This document shows positions 60,564-64,000 of a DNA stretch of 64,000 bases, in pieces. How positions within the stretch are numbered: the first letter of the stretch is position 1; every line of letters starts with the position of its first letter. Under the pieces are notes generated by a model that did no database searches, was not told the DNA's origin, and saw nothing but the letters and a program-made list of their open reading frames with translations. The stretch comes from Craspedostauros australis. Taxonomy: Eukaryota. Where the stretch lies: positions 1 to 64,000 of the forward strand of contig JALAGF010006658.1 of assembly GCA_030167865.1 (NCBI GenBank), given 5' to 3'. The translations under genes and the position numbers were made by a program.

Positions 60564-61807
60564 TTACATCTCGTTCTCTCGCTCCTCCTTGAATTGGTAG
60601 TGCAAGTCATTGACGTCGATGGCGTGGATCTTGACGAATCCGTCCTTCGTCATGTGGTAGAGATTGTTGATACCACCGGAAGCTGCGTCTCTGTGAGTGG
60701 CATGGTAGATTGCTCGCTTGCCCAATTCGATGGCTTCCTCCACCGACATGTCGAATTTGTAATGCGTATCGAGGATACCGTAGGCGTAGGTGGAACCACT
60801 GCCGACGGAGAACATCTTTCCCTTCAAGCGCGTGCCATCGTCGTCGACGTAGTACAGCTGCGGGCCGGTCTCGTCCCAGCCAGCGATCATGGTTCCCATG
60901 GAGAGACCGTAGCCTCGGTACGATCGCATGACGTTGGCGAGGAGCTTGGAGGCACCCGCGACGGAGATTCTGTGACCGTTGCGCAGCTCGTACAGTCGGC
61001 ACTCCATTCCCAGGTTGCGCTCCCAGAAGGAACAGTCGGCGGCGCCACCCGCCATGGTTCCGAGCAGGAATGGGTTGATCTCGATGACCTTCTTGACGGT
61101 TCCGGACGAGATGTACGTCCCCATCGTCGATCGGGAGTCCACACTGACGATGACACCTCCCTGGAACTTGAAGGCGAGGGTGGTGGTACCCTTCATGAAC
61201 TTGACCGCTTGTCCTTCATCGCCTGTACCGCAGACGGACGCGAAGTTGCCGCGGATATATGATGCTGGCTGTTGTTATTCATGCAGATTTGCAATCGAAT
61301 ATAGCCAACACATCATCGTTGGTGTGTGCATTTGTGTGCATTTGGTTGCGTGCAGAGAAGTAGTGAAGAAGCAGCAGAGAAGAGTGCGCGTGTGCGAAAG
61401 TGAGTTGCTGCATCGTCTCACACACACTCTGCCAGTATTGAGCCATGATAACATTCACACCATCACAAAAGCATGACAACGAAGCGATGCTGGGTGGGAA
61501 TACTTTGCGTCTTACTACCAGAGTTCTGCGGTGAAAGCGACAGTAACGAGAATGGCGTAGCGTCCTCCGTTGTGTTGGTGGCGTCTGAGCACGTCGGAGC
61601 TAACATCCATGGAATTATTCGATCCGCACAACTGCATCCCTGCTCATGCGTCTGTCTTACATTTGGAACTCGTGGAAGAGCAAAGTGAGATGGCTTGCGG
61701 CTGGCGCCAGTGCTGATCGTCAACGACACCTCATCGTCGTGTTCTTGCCGTTGCTTCTGCTTGCGTGTCCCGATGTCGAGGACGTCGTTTCCGAGGAGGA
61801 GAGACAT
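60564..61807 (-). CDS. PSMB5: 20S proteasome subunit beta 5 (exons 61807-61661, 61268-60564)
   Basis: Propeptide followed by [46 protein letters not shown]; phase-0 intron GTAAG..CAG. Confidence 0.97.
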
Positions 61808-62467
61808 GTTGGGATTCTGTTGCTGTTGGGAAATTGCGTGACTCCAGTTGATACGGTGGGGGCAGAAGAGATGGAGAGGTCGGTATCCGTCTCGTTCTTC
61901 AAACTTCTCGCTGATTTGTTTGTCGGTTCGATCTTCTCCTTGTTGTGTTGCGAAGGATGCCGCTCATGACCATCCCCATTGTCGCCTCGTTCCGCCATCT
62001 CTCTTGCTCTCTCGTGTGTTCGCGGTAACTCGAAAACAACAAGGATCCTGGCAGAACCCTGAAGAAAAATCGAGCAGATTTCCACGAACGATCTGTCCGT
62101 CCATCCGAAAGAATGGATTCGAAGGGGTCGTGGCGCGATCTTTCTCCTGATTCTGTCCGATCTTGGAGCAATCAATCTGCCAGGAAATGTGAAGAGACGC
62201 CTCTTGTCAAGCCATGTGCGTGTGTTGGCGGCTTCATCGTTTCTGTGTTCGTGGAACCTAAGCACCCATACGACCTACTCGCACTCGCAATCATCACCCA
62301 ACCAGATTACAATAGGTGGGACTTGGGGTGATACTAAAAGTCAATCGAATGGCAGTTGAATGCCAGCCGAATGCCAAATCGACTGCATCACCAGACAAAC
62401 AAACATACGTCCCAGTAGAATAGAGGGAAGACGCGGAAGAGCAACGTGCCGTGCAGCGCACCCTGCA

Positions 62468-64000
62468 ATGATGGGAAACATCGACATCCCACGCGTCGGA
62501 GCCAGCTTCTGGATACTGTTTCTGCTTGTGCTTGTGCCGGTGTCGGTTGCGGGAGACGTGGGCCGAAGCAGAGCAAGCAACAACGGCGTTTCCGATGGAC
62601 GCATGCGCCCGGCCTTGCGAATGAGTGGAGGAGCATCATCATCATCATCATCGAAGAGAGCGAAGGAAGTTCTGAGAGAAGCGTTCAAACCGCTGGCAGG
62701 AGCATTGAAAGGCACAGTCAATGCTGCCGCCAAGAAGGCCCAAGACGACCCCGTCTCCGAGGAAGGCATTCTCAAGGCCTTGGAGGCGATCTCGGCATCG
62801 CAGCTCGCATTGAAGGGCATCGATGGCGCGGCCCACGAGGCCTACCAAAGAACTCACACGGGGGAAAAGGACACGGTCGACACATCCGTGGCTGGCCGAG
62901 CGCAGAGATCCGCGCAGCGCATCGGAGCCACAGGCGAGGCTCTGCTGGCATGCGAGCTGATCGACGCATGTCAGCATCCGTGGCTGCGCGATGAGAGCGT
63001 CTTGGAAAGCAGAGACGTCCTCCTCAACATCACAGCTGTCGCCGACGGCCAGCACGACGAGGAACAGACCGACGACGAACCGCAAACGACGCAGAGTTTG
63101 AGCTTGGGAAAGCGCGTACCGTTGTCCGTGACCGTCCTGCACGAAGCGGACTACGTTGGCGGATCTGGTCTCAACCACGGAAGCATCAAATCTTTGCTGG
63201 AACAGCAGGATCCAACTGAGTCGCCGCCCGGTCGTATCCTCATCGTCATTGCAGGAGATGCCAATGAAAGCTTGAAGGATATCGTGCGATTTCTCAACAA
63301 GAAGCCAAAGAGGATACGCCTTTCCAGTGGCCTCGTGATGGATGAAGTGGCATCTGTCCAACCGGTCCTTTACAAGGCCGCCGTCGACCTGCTGCTCCTA
63401 TTGGAACCTGTGTTGCGAGATCCGAAGTACCGATCGTGCGCCATCCACTTCATCGGTCATTCCCTGTCAGCATCTGTGGCAGCGTTGGCAGCAAACATTG
63501 TGGATGGAACGTTGCCACTGCCCAAGGATGTCGAAGAGGAGATGCTTGCAGCGATCTCCAATAGCACGGAACTGGAAGCGCAAAGTGAACTCGAAAGCTC
63601 GGAACCCTCTGGAGGCGATGCCAACGACGCCAACGACGCCAACGATGCCAACGACGCCAACATGAACACGAATTCGGACACGGCTTCTTCATCACGCAAT
63701 GAAACAGAAGTCGAAAAGCCAATGCCAAAGTCATTATGTGGGATCGGCAGAGGCAGGGCATCTGCCATGTGCCTGGCTCCACCGCCGTGTCTGTCATCCA
63801 ACGTCCTCGCCGCCTTCTGCACATCATTCATTTACGGTGACGATGTTGTCTGCCGCATGACGAAAGATGCAGTGGAAAGGCTCTGCGACCGGATACAATC
63901 CAAGGTGCGCAGCAGCAGCTCCTTCATCCCCAAGCGCATTGGATGGATGGCGGACACGGTCTCCCTCACCATGTCCAACATCCGATCGCACGCGCATGGC
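62468..64000 (+). CDS. Class 3 lipase-like protein with signal peptide (runs off the window end)
   Basis: Frame from ATG 62468 checked at several points and appears open to the end; IHFIGHSLSASVAALAA, MCLAPPPC, SFIYGDDVVCRM. Absent from the ORF track. Confidence 0.8.
   Translation, partial: MMGNIDIPRVGASFWILFLLVLVPVSVAGDVGRSRASNNGVSDGRMRPALRMSGGASSSSSSKRAKEVLREAFKPLAGALKGTVNAAAKKAQDDPVSEEGILKALEAISASQLALKGIDGAAHEAYQRTHTGEKDTVDTSVAGRAQRSAQRIGATGEALLACELIDACQHPWLRDESVLESRDVLLNITAVADGQHDEEQTDDEPQTTQSLSLGKRVPLSVTVLHEADYVGGSGLNHGSIKSLLEQQDPTESPPGRILIVIAGDANESLKDIVRFLNKKPKRIRLSSGLVMDEVASVQPVLYKAAVDLLLLLEPVLRDPKYRSCAIHFIGHSLSASVAALAANIVDGTLPLPKDVEEEMLAAISNSTELEAQSELESSEPSGGDANDANDANDANDANMNTNSDTASSSRNETEVEKPMPKSLCGIGRGRASAMCLAPPPCLSSNVLAAFCTSFIYGDDVVCRMTKDAVERLCDRIQSKVRSSSSFIPKRIGWMADTVSLTMSNIRSHAHG

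Noticed and set aside
63620..63663. 9-bp repeat (NDA)n in the lipase
   Set aside because: Ordinary slippage repeat in a disordered loop.

Overview
Eukaryotic nuclear DNA, almost certainly a diatom (probably pennate). Evidence: GT-AG spliceosomal introns, six genes with signal-peptide + 'ASAF'-type bipartite plastid-targeting presequences, and diatom-style low-complexity proteins. The region is gene-dense and single-copy, with about 27 protein-coding genes; 16 introns were reconstructed by hand. Recognisable products: a partial cytochrome P450, a plastid-targeted REC+LuxR (Ycf29/Rre1-like) response regulator, a plastid GNAT, bacterial-type CdsA, an NRF-6-like acyltransferase, alpha-SNAP, a membrane RING-H2 ligase, SARNP/Tho1, ORC5, Vps34, a family-16 methyltransferase, a TPX2-like protein, CSN1, plastid RbfA, proteasome beta5 and a partial class-3 lipase, plus several orphans. 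The most unusual item is a four-exon gene next to Vps34 encoding a FAIM1-like domain fused to UIM, clathrin-box-like and NPF motifs, i.e. an epsin-like adaptor without an ENTH domain. I saw no RNA genes, CRISPR arrays or intact transposons. All family assignments come from motif recognition by eye, not database searches, and I cannot show that the window holds a coherent novel multi-gene system.
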